A stretch of 64,000 nucleotides of DNA. Source: Felis catus (taxonomy: Eukaryota). The position numbers were made by a program, and so were the translations under genes. Numbering within the stretch: the stretch's first letter is position 1; every line of letters starts with the position of its first letter. A model generated the notes under the pieces. That model saw only the letters and a list, made by a program, of their open reading frames with translations. It was not told the DNA's origin and did not search any database. Positions 11,046 through 54,800 of the stretch are shown piece by piece. The DNA is taken from assembly GCF_018350175.1 (NCBI RefSeq), contig NC_058369.1, forward strand, positions 13,022,001-13,086,000. The letters are read 5' to 3'.

Positions 11046-13168
11046 CAAGCCTCCAGCCCACGTTTGTGAATGAACGACTCCCAACTCTAGCTAGTGTGAC
11101 AGCTCCAGTCCTCAGTTTCTTGGCCTGTAAAATGGGGTGATCACAATAGTGCTACCTGGCAGATAAGAGTGCAGCTGTAGTTACCGGTCACTGCTGACTG
11201 CTGATCCCTGCCCAAGGAAGTAGCAGACCAGTGGCTGGCTCTGGGCCTGTCCTCCTGATCTGCCTCCTTGCCCCCCATTCCACCCACCCTGGGCAGCCGC
11301 AGGCACCAATGGTAGCACGTGGGAGGGGTGGGAGCCTGCCCAGCCCTGTCCTCCAAATGGCGCTGGAAGCCGGCCCTGGCCGCCTCCCAAGGAGAGCGCT
11401 GGGAAGGTCGGCCAAAGCAAGGCAGAAAACAAGCAGGGGTGGGGTGGGCAGGGGGGCAGAGGAGGGGGAGCTTGGAGGGAGGGATCCAAGGCAGTGGCCT
11501 ACATGGGCATAGCGCAGGCAGAGCAGGGCCCAGGAGTCTGCAGAAACAGAGGGTCTGCAGGACCCACCTTCTCGGGCTAGGTTTGGAGTTCTCTGTCTTG
11601 GCCTCATCGTCCCCGCCTGAGCTTCTGGGAACCCACGGGGAACCGGCCAAGACTGAGGGTCTGTGAGCCGCTCCAGGTCAGCCAGGGACCAGGGTGGTGG
11701 GCAGTCAGGCGGGCGCTAGCCTGTGACTGATCGGGAGGAGGGCTTTTGGGTCTCTGGGTGGGCATTTAGGACCTTGGGTACGGGAGGGTGTGGGGACCCT
11801 GGTGTGCGGATTTTGCCCTCCCGGGGCTCTTGGGGTGTTAAAGAGATTTAACTGATGAGATTTTGCGATATAGGTTTGGGATTAGTTGGGTCCTTGAAAT
11901 GGATCATTAAGACAGATGGGGTTTAGAACCTTCTGAGGGTCCTAGGCTGTGAGTTTAGGACTCTTCGGGTCCCCGGAATGTGTATTTAAGACCCAAGAGG
12001 CTATGGTGCTTGGATATAGGACAAACTGGGGCAAGAATCCGGTACACACAGGCCCTGAGTGTGAACTGGGATTTTCTGGTGCCCAGGGGGAGGAATCCGT
12101 GTGCCATCTAAAGCTCAACCCGAAGCCACGCCCCTAGGCTGCGGGAGCACGTGCTTTCTAAACGCCGCGCGGGGGCGGGCGGAGGGAGGGCCGTTTGGTT
12201 GTCTTGAAGACAGCTGCGGCCGTCTCTGGGCCGTTCTAGCCCCGGGGTCTCGTTGGCCGTCGTCTCTCTGGCCCGGGGCCTCTCTCTATGGTCGTGGCCT
12301 CCGGAAAGAGGCGGGCCTTGGCTAAGCGGCTGAGGAGCTCCGGCGCTTGACAAGTCGGAAGAGGGCCTTGGGGCGGGCCTGGGCTGGCAGGTGGGGAGGG
12401 GCCTAGGGCGCTAGGTGGGCCAGTGTGGGGCCCGGAGGGTGACGATTGGGGTAAAGCTCGAGGGAGGAGCCAGTGGCCAGGGGTGGAACCTGTGCCTGGG
12501 ATAGGGGGTGGGCGAAGCCCGGGGCTAGGGGAGGGGCCTAGCGTGGAATGGGCGTGGTATGCATTTGTGGGCGGGACCAGATAGTTAATTGGGGGCGGGG
12601 CCAATGGGTGGCGGAGGAAGGGTAGAAGCGGGACTTCGGAGGAAAGCTCAGGACCTGTTGGCTGGACAGGCTTGGGAACGGGGAAGATCCTGTAACTGAA
12701 GACAACGGCTAGGTCAAGGCATGGGGAAGGGCTGGTCAAGTTACGGGGAAGGGACTGGGTCCGTGGTAGGGAAGAGGTGGAGCCCATGCTTGGAGCCAGG
12801 TCGTGAGGTTGGAGCTTGGGTTCAGAGTCCAGCCTCTAGGTCAAGACGTGGGGCAGGGCTTGATAGTGACTGACGGAGGGGAAGAGCTGCGTCTGAGGGC
12901 GTGGTCTGTAATAATGATTGGCAAAGAAGCCTGAGGAGGGTTAGGAACCAGGAGGCCTGTATCCAACATGGGATGGGGGCGGGGCCCTGACCCAGGGGCG
13001 GAGCCTGTCCGGAACACGGCCAATTCTAGGCAGGAGGGCGGGGCCCAACCCGAAGGCGGTGGCCTGGGCTCCCCGAAGAGGCGGAGCCGGGGTCGGGGGG
13101 CGGAGCCCCGTTGGCTGTGGGGCGGGGCCCCAGCGGCCCGCGGCCTCAGCGCTCTCCGCCTCCCCAGG

Positions 13169-43994
<30,826 letters not shown>

Positions 43995-45146
43995 CGCTCC
44001 TCCTCCGCCCACTAGAGACTCCCCGCCCGGCCCTGCCAGTGAGGCTGGGGGACTGGCCCAGCCATGCCAGGTGGGGCCACCCTGGTGTTCAGCAGCCAGA
44101 GGAGCCCAGGAAGAGCCCACGGCTCTGCTACCCTCTCTCTCCTCTCTCCTCCTCGGGGCTGTCTCCTGCCTGAGTTCCCGTGCCTGTGGCTCTGTGCGTC
44201 TCTCTCCTCCCTGCTTCTCAGCCTCCCCGCTGTCCTGTATGCCCACACCTCTTCCCTCTTTCTTTTCCCCTGCTCTCTCCTGAGATCTGCGGGCATGCAG
44301 GGCCCAGCTGTCCTCCCTGCTGGGTCATGGACCCAGAGTGGAGCTTCTCAGCCTCCCGAGTCTCAGCTGTGCCTTAAGGAGCGACAGTCCGCGCCTCCCC
44401 AGGCTGCTGGGCCCCAGGGCGTCACAGGCCAGTCTGAGCTCCAGACAGACCCTCTATCACCCTTCCTGAGCAGAGGATCCACGTGGTTTGCCCCGCCCAC
44501 CTGGGGGTCAGGGGGGGTCATTGTCAAGGGACCTCCAGGCCAGCTAGAAATCTCTCCCAGGCTGGGCCAGTTGCCTTTTGCACTTAACCGTCTTTGGTGG
44601 GCCTCCCTCCTGTCCCCTGTCTGCCCTTCCTGATGCCCGGAAGCTTCCAGAATTGACTGTGAGCCCTTAGACATTGCCCCTGCCCAGATGTCTCCTTTTA
44701 GGTGCCTCCACGGAGCTCTTGCTAGAGGAGCCTTGAAGACTGCGCTGGGTGGCTGTTCGGCTCACCATCCAGACACTCACCCTGGCAGAGGACTCTAGGG
44801 GGTCCCCATCTGACGCCGCTGCTGGTGGGACCCACAGGAGTGGCAGCGGTGGTGTAGGGGGAGGTCTCCCGCCTGGGGGTGGTGTCTGAGATGGACTTCG
44901 GGGCCTTGGAAGTTCCAGCCCATTGAATATCCCCACTGGCTTTGTTGGTGACAGTTCAGACCTCGTGTTGGTGGTCGGCCTCATTGGTGGCTCATCCCGG
45001 ACTCATCCCGGACTCCTGGCCACTCAGACTGTCCGTCCCGCCCCCCAATTCTGCAGTAGCATCCAGCCCCTCAAACGCTGGGGCCAGTGCTGTTGCGCAT
45101 GGGCCTTTCCAAGCACCAAGGTTTTGTTTCCTAGTTGAATTGAAGA

Positions 45147-45152
45147 AATAAA
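45147..45152 (+). terminator. SLC27A1 polyadenylation signal AATAAA
   Basis: First canonical AATAAA I found after the stop (~1.15 kb 3'UTR), followed by GT/T-rich sequence. Confidence 0.75.
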
Positions 45153-48100
45153 CTTGCAGAGTGTCCAGTGCCTGAATCCCAGTTATTTACTGTCTGTCCC
45201 CATGTGGCACAGAACGCTTTCGGAGTTTCAGAAGGCAGGACTTTCGCTGGGGAGCTCATGTTCACCAGGCAAGAGCCAGACACACGGCTTTTTCTTGCTG
45301 TCCCCTGTTGCCCGTAAGCCCATCGGCACGGCCTCTGGGGCCTCGGGTTAGCGTTCTCACTGCCTCCCTGCAGCCTCTGGGGCCTCACGAAGCCCTGCGC
45401 CGGCCCCGGTCCCAGAGGAGGTGCCTGTAGGTTCTGGCGGGTGCCCAGCGTGGCCGTAGCTCTGAGTGAGAGCTGCACAGGTGGCCGTTGGAGCTGGCGT
45501 TCTAATCCAGGACGTCCAGCGCCAGGGTCTATCCACCTAGCCCCAACTTCTGCTGTTCCTCCAGTATTCTAACATCTGTCTCAGCTCGTCTCCGCTTCAG
45601 GGGACAGAGGAGGAAAGGTTTGTGGTGACTGGGCATTTGCTGGGTGGGTGCACTGAGCGGCGGCCCTGGGGATGGATCAGGCCCTGGTTGGCTCAAGAAT
45701 GAATGAACCATCGATGGGTGGGGCTGTCCTTGGATGCCCACAGCCGGCCAGGAGAAGAAGGCAGGGGAAGGGTCCTGCCTCTGGGGGTGCAGCGCCCCTG
45801 CTGTGCTGACCAAGCAACTGCATCCCGTGTAACGTGCCACGAGACCTCAACCGCCGTGGTCCCCATTGCACAGACGAGGAAACTGAGGTACAAGCAGGGG
45901 AATGGAGTCAATGCCAGCAGCTCCCGGTGCGAAAGCGGGCCAGCAGGACCTCTCTTGGTCCAAAGCTTGTGAGTCCCAGGAGGGTAAGACGCTCCCTCCG
46001 AGCTGACAAGAAAATAATCCTGCGTCAGGCTCCGTGTCTGTCTTTTTAAATTAATAATACGCTTTATTTATTGGGGCAACGTCAGGTTTATTAAAAAAAA
46101 AAAAAAAGTGGAAAGTACAGAGTTCCTATATACTCTTCGTCACCCCGCCCCCTGTCTCTCTTACCATTAACATCTTGCATCACCGCCCTGCATTTGTTAG
46201 GGTTGATGGGCCCCGTGTCCGTGCGTTCTTCTCTCAAGCCTACGGTTTATGGTAGCGGTCACTCCGTGTTGTGCATTCTGTGGGTTTCAGCAAATGCGTG
46301 CACCCGTTGTGATAGTATCCTAGTTTCTCTGCCCCAGCCGTCCCCGGGGCTCCCTCCCTCCGCCCCTCCTATCCCAACCCCTGGCAACCGCCGATCTTTT
46401 CCCCCCGTCTCCATAGTCTTGCTTTCTTCCAGGTCACGCGCTTGGAATCACGCAATGTATATAGCCTTTCCAGACCAGCTTCTTTCTCTTAGCCGGATGA
46501 AGCTCCACTCAGGCGCCCTCCACGACGTTTCATGGCTTGAGAGCTTTGTATGGTTTATGCCAGATGAGACGAGTCGGTCTGGGACGCCCTCTCCCCACCC
46601 CCGCCCTGCCCCAGGAACCGGGGTTAAGTCTGGGAGGAAGAGCTGGGATCAGGAGGCGATCTGTGGCCTCAAGCCTCCCCTTCACGGAGGGGCCCCGGCA
46701 GGATGTGTACGGAGGGGATGGCCGTCCCTGTGACGTGGGAAGAGACTCGTCCTGGTCTGGCATCGGCACGTGGGGTCGAGCAGTGGTGTGTGAGGGACAA
46801 GGAGGGAGAAGCCGTGCCGGAGAGGGCGTGTGAAGGAGGGGGAGTTGAGGACACGAGAGCCTTCCAAGGAGAGGTAGCTGTGGGCTGGGACCTTGTCTCC
46901 TACCCTCCGAGGGTCTCCCTCGCTTTGGGAAAGAGTCCAGGCTCCCTGGCCGGAGCTTGCCATCCTATAGGCTCTTTTCTTTCCACCGCGAGTGGTCATT
47001 CCCACCTTGTCTCCCTTCAGTGCCTTTGCACCTGCTGTCTCTTGTGCCTGAACCATTGTTCGTCCGCTGCATGCCTGGCCAACTCCTACTGTTTTGTTTT
47101 GTTTAAATGTTTGTGTATCTTGAGAGAGAGCGCTTGTGTGAGAGCAGGGGAGGGGCAGAGACAGAGGGAGAGAATCCCAAGCGGGCTCCGTGTTGTCACG
47201 GCAGAGCCCAATGCAGGGCTCAGTCCCACGAACTGTGAGATGACGACCTAAGCCGCAATTAAGATTTGGACCCTTAACCCACTCAGCCACCCAGGCGCCC
47301 CTACTGACTTGTTTTCACTTGAGGTGTCATTCACCTACCTTAAAATCCACCTTTTTAAATTGCCCAATTTAGTGGTGTTGAGTGTTTACGAAGTTGTGCA
47401 GCCGTCACCTCTCTCTGGTTCCAGAACACTTTGATTCCCCTAAAAGGAAGCTTCATACCCATTAGAAGTCTCTCTCCCCAGCCCCTGGCAGCCACTAATT
47501 GGCTTTCTGTCTCTATGGATTTGTCTGTTCTGGACATTTCATGTAAGTGAAATCATACAACATGTGGTCTTTGATGTCTGGCTCCTTTCGCTTGGCGTCA
47601 TGTTTTGAAGATTCATCCAGGTTCATTCCTTTTTATGGACAAATAATATTTCGGTGTATGGATGGGCCACATGTTGACCATCGACCAGTTGATGGACATT
47701 GAGTTATTTACCCTGATTAGCTATTGTGATAGTGCTGCCGTGAACATTTGTGTACGAGTCTTTGTGTGAACATATGTTTTTAATTGGGGGGGGGGGTATA
47801 AACCAAAGTGTGGAAATACTAGGTCATATGGCAACTGTTTCATATTTTGAGGGACTGCCAGACTGTTTTTCAAAGTGACTGCACCATTTTATGGTCCCGC
47901 CAGCAGCTGTAAGAGTTCCAATTTCCCATGTCCTTGCCAGCACTTTCTTTGGGAAATATGTCTATTTCAGACAAAACACGGGCAACAAACGGACCTGCGT
48001 GTTCTCTCCAACCTGCTTCCGTGTCTCAGTTAGCTTAAGCTCCACCAGGCATCTAATTCATTAAGCTCGAAACTCGGGACTCGATCCCGATTCCTCTTTT

Positions 48101-48619
48101 TCCTCATACTCCTTGGCCCATCCATTAGAAAGGATCAGGTTAAAAATTAAAAAAAAAAAAAAAAAAGAAGAAGACACACTTGGAAAGCTTTCATACTGAA
48201 CACCATGATGAAGCGACGCTGAAAAACATCTATCCTGAAGTCAGATCTATATTGCAAACTTAACAGTGGGGCTATTTGAGGCTAACCTATCCAAAGAACC
48301 ATTTGCTTCCTTGAATTTTAAGTAGATCTTTTAAAAAGCAATATAATGGGGCGCCTGGGTGGCTCATTCGGTTGAGCATCCAACTTCAGCTCAGGTCATG
48401 ATCTCACAGTCTGTGAGTTCGAGCTCAGGTCATGATCTCACAGTCTGTGAGTTTGAGCCCTGCGTCAGGCTCTGTACTGACAGCTCAGAGCCTGGAGCCT
48501 GCTTCGGATTCTGTGTCTCTCTCTCTCTCTCTGACCTTCCCCCGTTCATGCTCTGGCTCTCTCTGTCTCAAAAATAAATAAACATTAAAAAAAAATAAAA
48601 ATAAAAAATGCGATATAAT

Positions 48620-48641
48620 GAGAGAAAGAAAAAGGAAAGAA

Positions 48642-48722
<81 letters not shown>

Positions 48723-48760
48723 AAAGAAAAGAAAAGAAAAAAGAAAAGAAAGAAAAGAAT
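48620..48760. repeat. (GA)n/(GAAA)n/(GAAAA)n compound microsatellite behind a SINE tail
   Basis: Read directly from the sequence. Confidence 0.95.
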
Positions 48761-51199
48761 CAGGAGCCTTGCCTCCAAGACAGACCCTAAACCCACCAAA
48801 CCCAGCCAGCACTAGATTTCTCTAACCCACTAAACGTGACTCCTGGGTGGCCTCCCTACTCCCACCCCATCCCTCCACAATCCCTTTATGTGGTAGCCAA
48901 AGTGATCTTTTCAAAACATACCCCAGGCCTCTCCCCTACTCAAGCCCTTCAGAGGATCTGCTAAGGGGTGTGGCCCTTCCCTTCCTGGTCTCATCTCCAG
49001 TCTGGCCTGGGTGGTCAGTCTCCAGTCACACATGCCTGCCTTCTGCTGTCTCAAAATAAAGAAATACACTTTTTAGAAAGATTTATGACTTTGTTTTCTT
49101 CTAAGGGTTTTTCGTTTCAGCCCTTAACATTTAGGCCTTTGATCCATTTTTTTTTTATTTTTGTTTTCTTAACGTTTATTTATTATGGAGAGACACAGAG
49201 AGAGATAGAGCATGAGCATGGGAGGGGCAGAGAAAGGAGGAGACACAGAATCCGAAGTAGGCTCCAGGCTCTGAGCTGTCAGCACAGAGCCTCATGCGGG
49301 GCTCAAACTCACAAACCGCGAGATCATGACCTGAGCCGAAGTCGGACGCTCAACTGACTGAGCCACCCAGGCGCCCCCTGATGCATTTTTTAAAAAGTGA
49401 TCCCTACACCCAACGTGGGGCTCAAACCTACAACCCTGAGATCAAGAGTTGCATGCTCTATTGACTGAGCCAGCCAAACGCCCCGACCCATTTTAATTTG
49501 TACATCGTGTGAGGTGGGGGATCTGTGTTTGTTTTCCAGTGCAGATGTAACAAATTACCGCAAACTTACTGGCTTAAAATGACAACACCAATTTATCATC
49601 TAGTTCCGAAGGTCAGAAGTCAGAAATGGAGCTCACTTGACTAAAATCAAGGCATTGGCCTGTGGCTGCCTTCCCTCTAGCGGTTGAAAGAACCCACTTG
49701 CGTGCCTTTCCTAGCTTTTAGATGCCACCCACGTTTCTTGGTTCATTGCCCCTTCTTCCATCTTCTAAGCCAGCAACAGTGGGTTGAGTCTTTCTCATGC
49801 TGTCATTCCTCTGGTTCTCCCTCATCCCCTCCCTTCTTCCATTTACGAGGACCCTGGTGATTACATGGGGCCCATCCAGGCTATCTATTTTAGGGACAGC
49901 TGATTTGCAACTTAATTCCATCTGCAACCACGATTTCCCCTTGCCAAGTAACCTAAAGTTATTCACCAGGTTCTGGGGATCATGGTGTAGACACTTTTGC
50001 CAGGAGCGGTGGGGTGGGGGTGGGGGTGGGGATGTCCTACCGTTCTGCCATTATAGGGTCTAACTTCATTCTTTTGCATGTGACTATCCAGTTGTGCCAT
50101 TTGTTGAAAAGACCATTCTTTGCCCATTGAATGATCCCTGGCACCCTTGTTTGTAAAGATCCACTGACCATGGATGTATGGGTTTATATCTGCATTGCCA
50201 GGTTCTAATACATTGATAGCTCTCTCCTTCTGCCAATACCACAAGGTCTGGATCACTGTAGCTCTGCCAGCAAGCTTGGAATCAGGGTATGTGAGTCCTC
50301 CAACTTTGCTTTTCTTTCCACACTATTGTGGCTACTTGGGGCCTCCTACGATTCCATTCGCATTTTAGGATCAGCTTATCAATTTCTACCCAAAAAAAGA
50401 AGCCTGAAGTTTGATAGCAACTGCGTTGAATCTGTAGACCAATTTGGGGAGTACTGACATCGTAACGCTATTAAATCTTCCAATCCATGAACAGAAGATG
50501 TCTTCCCATTTACTTAGATCATCTTTAAATCATTTTTTTTTTGCGAAGTATTGTAGTTTTCAGTGCACAAGTTTTGCGATTCTTTCATTAAGTTCATTAC
50601 TAAGTATCTTATTCTTTTTGGTGCTTTTGTAAATAGACTGTTTTCTCAACTTGTTACTGATTGTAAAGATGCACTACCCATGCAAGTCTCACGGCACTTA
50701 CCACAGGCTCCTGAATTCTCTGACCCGGATAAGTGGCCCAGCTGGCCAGGCCCACCAGGTCTCCTGCTTCCAGTCTTCCCTGCCCATGCTACTCCCTGGA
50801 ATACCCTTTCTCATCAGCCAAGACCCATTTGCCCCATTTTAGGAGCTCCTCCAGCCAAGAGCCAGGGTAGAGGCCTCTCAGGGTCCTCAGGCGCACAAAT
50901 CGCCAGGGAGCATTTTCAGAAGCAATTCAACAAGTATGTTTCCAGCCCCAATTCTGCAACAAGCATAGTTCAGGGGGCTTTCGGGACACGAGTGAATAAA
51001 ACGCACCCTGCCCTCATGTTGTTTGTACTTTAATGAAGGAGGAAGACAACAACGAGCAACGAGATCAGTATGTTAGAAGGTTCAGGAACTTCCAAGTCCA
51101 CCAAAACGCGCCCTCCTCCAGGAAATCTCCCATCTGCTCCTTCCATTCCACCCCCACACCACCCTCTTGGGGACCCCGGATGTGGGGTCCTCTCTCCGA

Positions 51200-51880
51200 C
51201 CCCGCCCTGACACCGCGAGGCTGAGATCAACCGCACCGGTTCCGCCTGCCCCGGCCCAGCAAAGAGCTCAGGCACAGCTTGCAAAGAATCAACGAGCCCC
51301 TTCGGATCGACCGCCGGGACGAGCCGCGACTTCACTCGCGGGAGTGCGCATGTGCCGTAGGCGGCCGCCCGGAGGTACCGACAGCCGTGCGGCCGGGCCA
51401 GCCTTCGCGCAGGCGCGCTGGCGGCTGCCCGGGGCGCTTCCGCCTCCCCGCCGCCGCCGTCGCCATGGCCGCGCCGGCCCCGGGCCTCATCTCGGTCTTC
51501 TCGAGTCCGCAGGAGCTGGGCGCGTCGCTAGCGCAACTGGTGGCGCAGCGGGCGGCGTGCTGCCTGGCGGGGGCCCGCGCCCGCTTCGCGCTCGGCCTGT
51601 CGGGCGGCAGCCTCGTCTCGATGCTGGCCCGTGAGCTGCCCGCCGCCGCCGCCCCCGCCGGCCCCGCCAGCCTCGCGCGCTGGACCGTAGGCTTCTGCGA
51701 CGAGCGCCTCGTGCCCTTCGAGCACGCCGAGAGCACGTACGGTCTCTATCGGGTGAGAACTACGGGGGCCGCCGGGGGTCATGCCGCCGAGAGGACCGCG
51801 CCCACCGCCTGAACCTGACTACGGGGGCCGCCGGGGGTCATTTCAAGAAGGCCGCGCCCACCTCCCGAACCCAGCTGTGG
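51200..51880 (+). promoter_or_regulatory. PGLS CpG-island promoter with NRF1-like sites
   Basis: CpG-dense; TGCGCATGTGC at 51345-51355 and CGCGCAGGCGCG at 51406-51417; strong Kozak GTCGCCATGG. Confidence 0.75.
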
Positions 51881-54800
51881 GGGTGACGGAGGGTCACACT
51901 ATCCCCTCTGCCACTGTGTGGGAGGGGTCTGCTGCGTGCCCTGAACTCCCACCTCCACTGCCACCCGAGTGGGCCCGTGGGGGCCTTGAGGTCCTATAAT
52001 GCTTTATCCTGTGGCCGGGCAAAGGCGTGGAGGTGAAACAGAGTGGCCCATGCCAGGGACCTAGAGAAATTCAGGCGCCACAGCCTGGCAACTTGCAAGG
52101 GCAGAGGTAGGGAAGGGCCAGGCAGGAGGTATCTGGTGTGGAGCTTGGGCTTCGGTTTTCTCATCTCCAGCCTGGACGGGTTCTTGATCTACCTCGAGCT
52201 ACCTCGAGCTTTCGGTGCTGATCACCTCCAGGGGTGGTTATGCTTGGCTTGTGGCCTCAGATCCTATAGAATCCGGGAAACCGAGGCTTGGAGGGGGTCG
52301 TGGCCTGTCCTGGGGTTCCCCAGCTGCATCTGAGCTCTCTCCTCCTGCCCTAGACGTGGAAAACGCGCCCAGGGAGGTGTGGAAGGGGCGGGCGTGCCCA
52401 GAAGCTTCTGGTCCCTCAGGTCCTGGGTGTGTTTCCCCCTCTTTAGGTAGAAGTTGGAGCTGATGATTTTCTGTTGTTTTGTCACAAGAAGGAAGGCTTA
52501 CTGATTACCAAACATTTTAGCCACATCAGCTCACGAAATTGCACGATAACCTATGAGGTGGGGGCTGTTAGTTCCTCCATTTCATAGGTGGAGAAACTGG
52601 AACGAGAAGGGGAGGAGAGCTTATGTGCCAGGCTAGTAGGGAAGCCAGAGTTTGAAGGGACGCCCCGGATAGCACTTGGGACACGTCTCAGGGGCGGGGG
52701 CCTCCCTGTGGGTCTTTTTCAAGAGTTTAATTAAAAAGTGGGCTCATATTTCTTCATTTTAGTTTGCATAAATTTGAAGAACTTTACTTTTTTTTTTTTT
52801 AAGTTTGTTTATTTATTTTGAGAAGGGGGAGGAGGGGCAGAGAGAGAGGGGGAGAGGGAGAGTCCCCAGCGGGGCTGGATCTCACGAACCTTGAGATCGT
52901 GACCTTGAGCCGAAACCAAGAGCAGGACGCTCAACCAACTGAGCCACCCAGGCGCCCCAGAACTTTTGCTTTTTTTAAATTAGGAAAACTGTGTTTGCTC
53001 TAGTGACAAAATTCTAACAAAACGGTAAACAAAAGCGTTGCGGGGATGTTCCTTGTATGTGTCTGTATCCGACGCTGGGGACACGATGGGACGCTGGGCC
53101 ATTCTCTCATGGGGCTCCTAGTGGGGCATCGGGCCCTGACAGGGCAGGAAATGAGGGGAAGCCCCGCAGAGTATTCGCGTAGTGCAGTGTGGACAAAAGA
53201 TAATTGTGTGAGATGATAGAAAGAGCCCAGGGATGACCTTTCAGCCAGGATGGTGGGGGCTGGGGGAGCTTTGAGGGGTGATGTTTGAACCGAGGCCTGG
53301 AGGTATGAGGACCTGGCCATGGGCAGAGCTGGGGCAGAGGTTATGGCCAAGGCCTACGCTTTGCCACGGGAGCAAACGTGGGGCCAGGATTTACTCCTTC
53401 TGGGGGAGTCACGTGAGTTCCCTGGGGCTGCTGTTAACAAAGGACCACAAATCGGGTGGCTTAAAGCAAGGATTTATTATCTCTGTCCCGGAGAAACCTG
53501 AAATCCAGGTGTTGGCGAGGCCATGCTCCCTCCGGACGCTCAAGGGGAGGATCCTTCCTCGCTTCTTCCGTCCTCTGGGGGCTCCGGGTGTTCCCTGGCC
53601 TCCAGTCTCTCACCAGTCATTGGATGTAGGGCCCACACCAATCTACTATGAAGTCAGCTAATCACATCTGCAAAGACCTGCTTCCAGATAAGGTCACATT
53701 CTGAGGTTCTGGGTGGGCATGAATTTGGGGGGGGGCACTGGTCAACCCAGTATACGGATGCAGAGGCACTTCTGTCCTCAAGGACGGATCTCGCGTACCC
53801 CGGGGCTCTGTCGGTGTGAATGTTCTGCGCACCCTGCGTGCTCCGTGGGTCTTCTGCTGCTGAGGCCAGAGCTTTGTCTCCGCTGGAAGGATTTGCAGGG
53901 GCTGCGTTCGGGGGGAATGGTGCCTCGGTGCCTGCAGAATGTCAAGAGAGAAACAGTCTGATCAGCCAGCAGTTCTGCTTCCGGGAACCTGTCTGCCTGA
54001 CCCCCCACCCCTGAGCTCCCTGGAAGGAGCCCAGCAGGAGGGGGAGGGAATGGCTGAGCCCATAGGGGAAGGGCAGCTAAGGAGACGATCATGGGACAGA
54101 AATGGGGCCCTGATATTCCCCACTGGCTTGCTTAGTATAATCCCCGAGCGTGTGTATAGATGGGGACCTTGGACAAAGCAGAGCGGTCTTTCCGAGAACA
54201 GATCTGACCGTGTCCCTTCTTAGCTGACACACCCTCCTTGGCTCCCCATTACCCTCAGTATATCGCTCTTACTCTTCAGGACTGTGTGTCTGGCCTGTTT
54301 TCTCTAAAATTATTTTTTTTTTAATTTTCTAAATGTTTATTTATTTTTGAGAGAGAGACACACACAAGTGCGAGCGGAGGAGGGACAGAGAGAGGGAGAC
54401 GCAGAATCCGAAGCAGGCTCCAGGCTCCGAGCCGGCAGCACAGAGCCCGATACAGGGCTCGAACCCACGAACCGTGAGATCGTGACCTGAGCCGAAGTCG
54501 GACGCTTCACCGACTGAGCCACCCGGGAGCCCCTGGCCTGTTTACTCTATGTCCCTGTCACTTTCCCCCTCTAATACTATATTTTTGCTGCTTCCTGCTT
54601 TTCCTTTGTGACTCAGCTTGGCGCTGCGTCCATGGGCTAGATCCTGTGTGAAGGGAGGCACCAAGGTGGGGTCGCCAGGGTCCATCCCAGAGCAGATCAA
54701 AGGCCCTGAGGTTCACCTGGGGAGACGAGGGAAAGGGCCAGAGCCCTCCACCTGGCAGGAGGCCCGACTCCGGCTGCTTCCACAAAAATTAAATCCATTT

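Noticed and set aside
48204..48239. C-box ATGATGA followed by two CTGA motifs (C/D snoRNA-like)
   Set aside because: Only ~35 nt from C box to D box, no terminal stem, and intergenic. Too short for a snoRNA.
51279..51464. 62-codon in-frame upstream extension of PGLS
   Set aside because: Begins at TTG within promoter sequence. The ATG at 51465 has a strong Kozak context and gives the canonical 258 aa.
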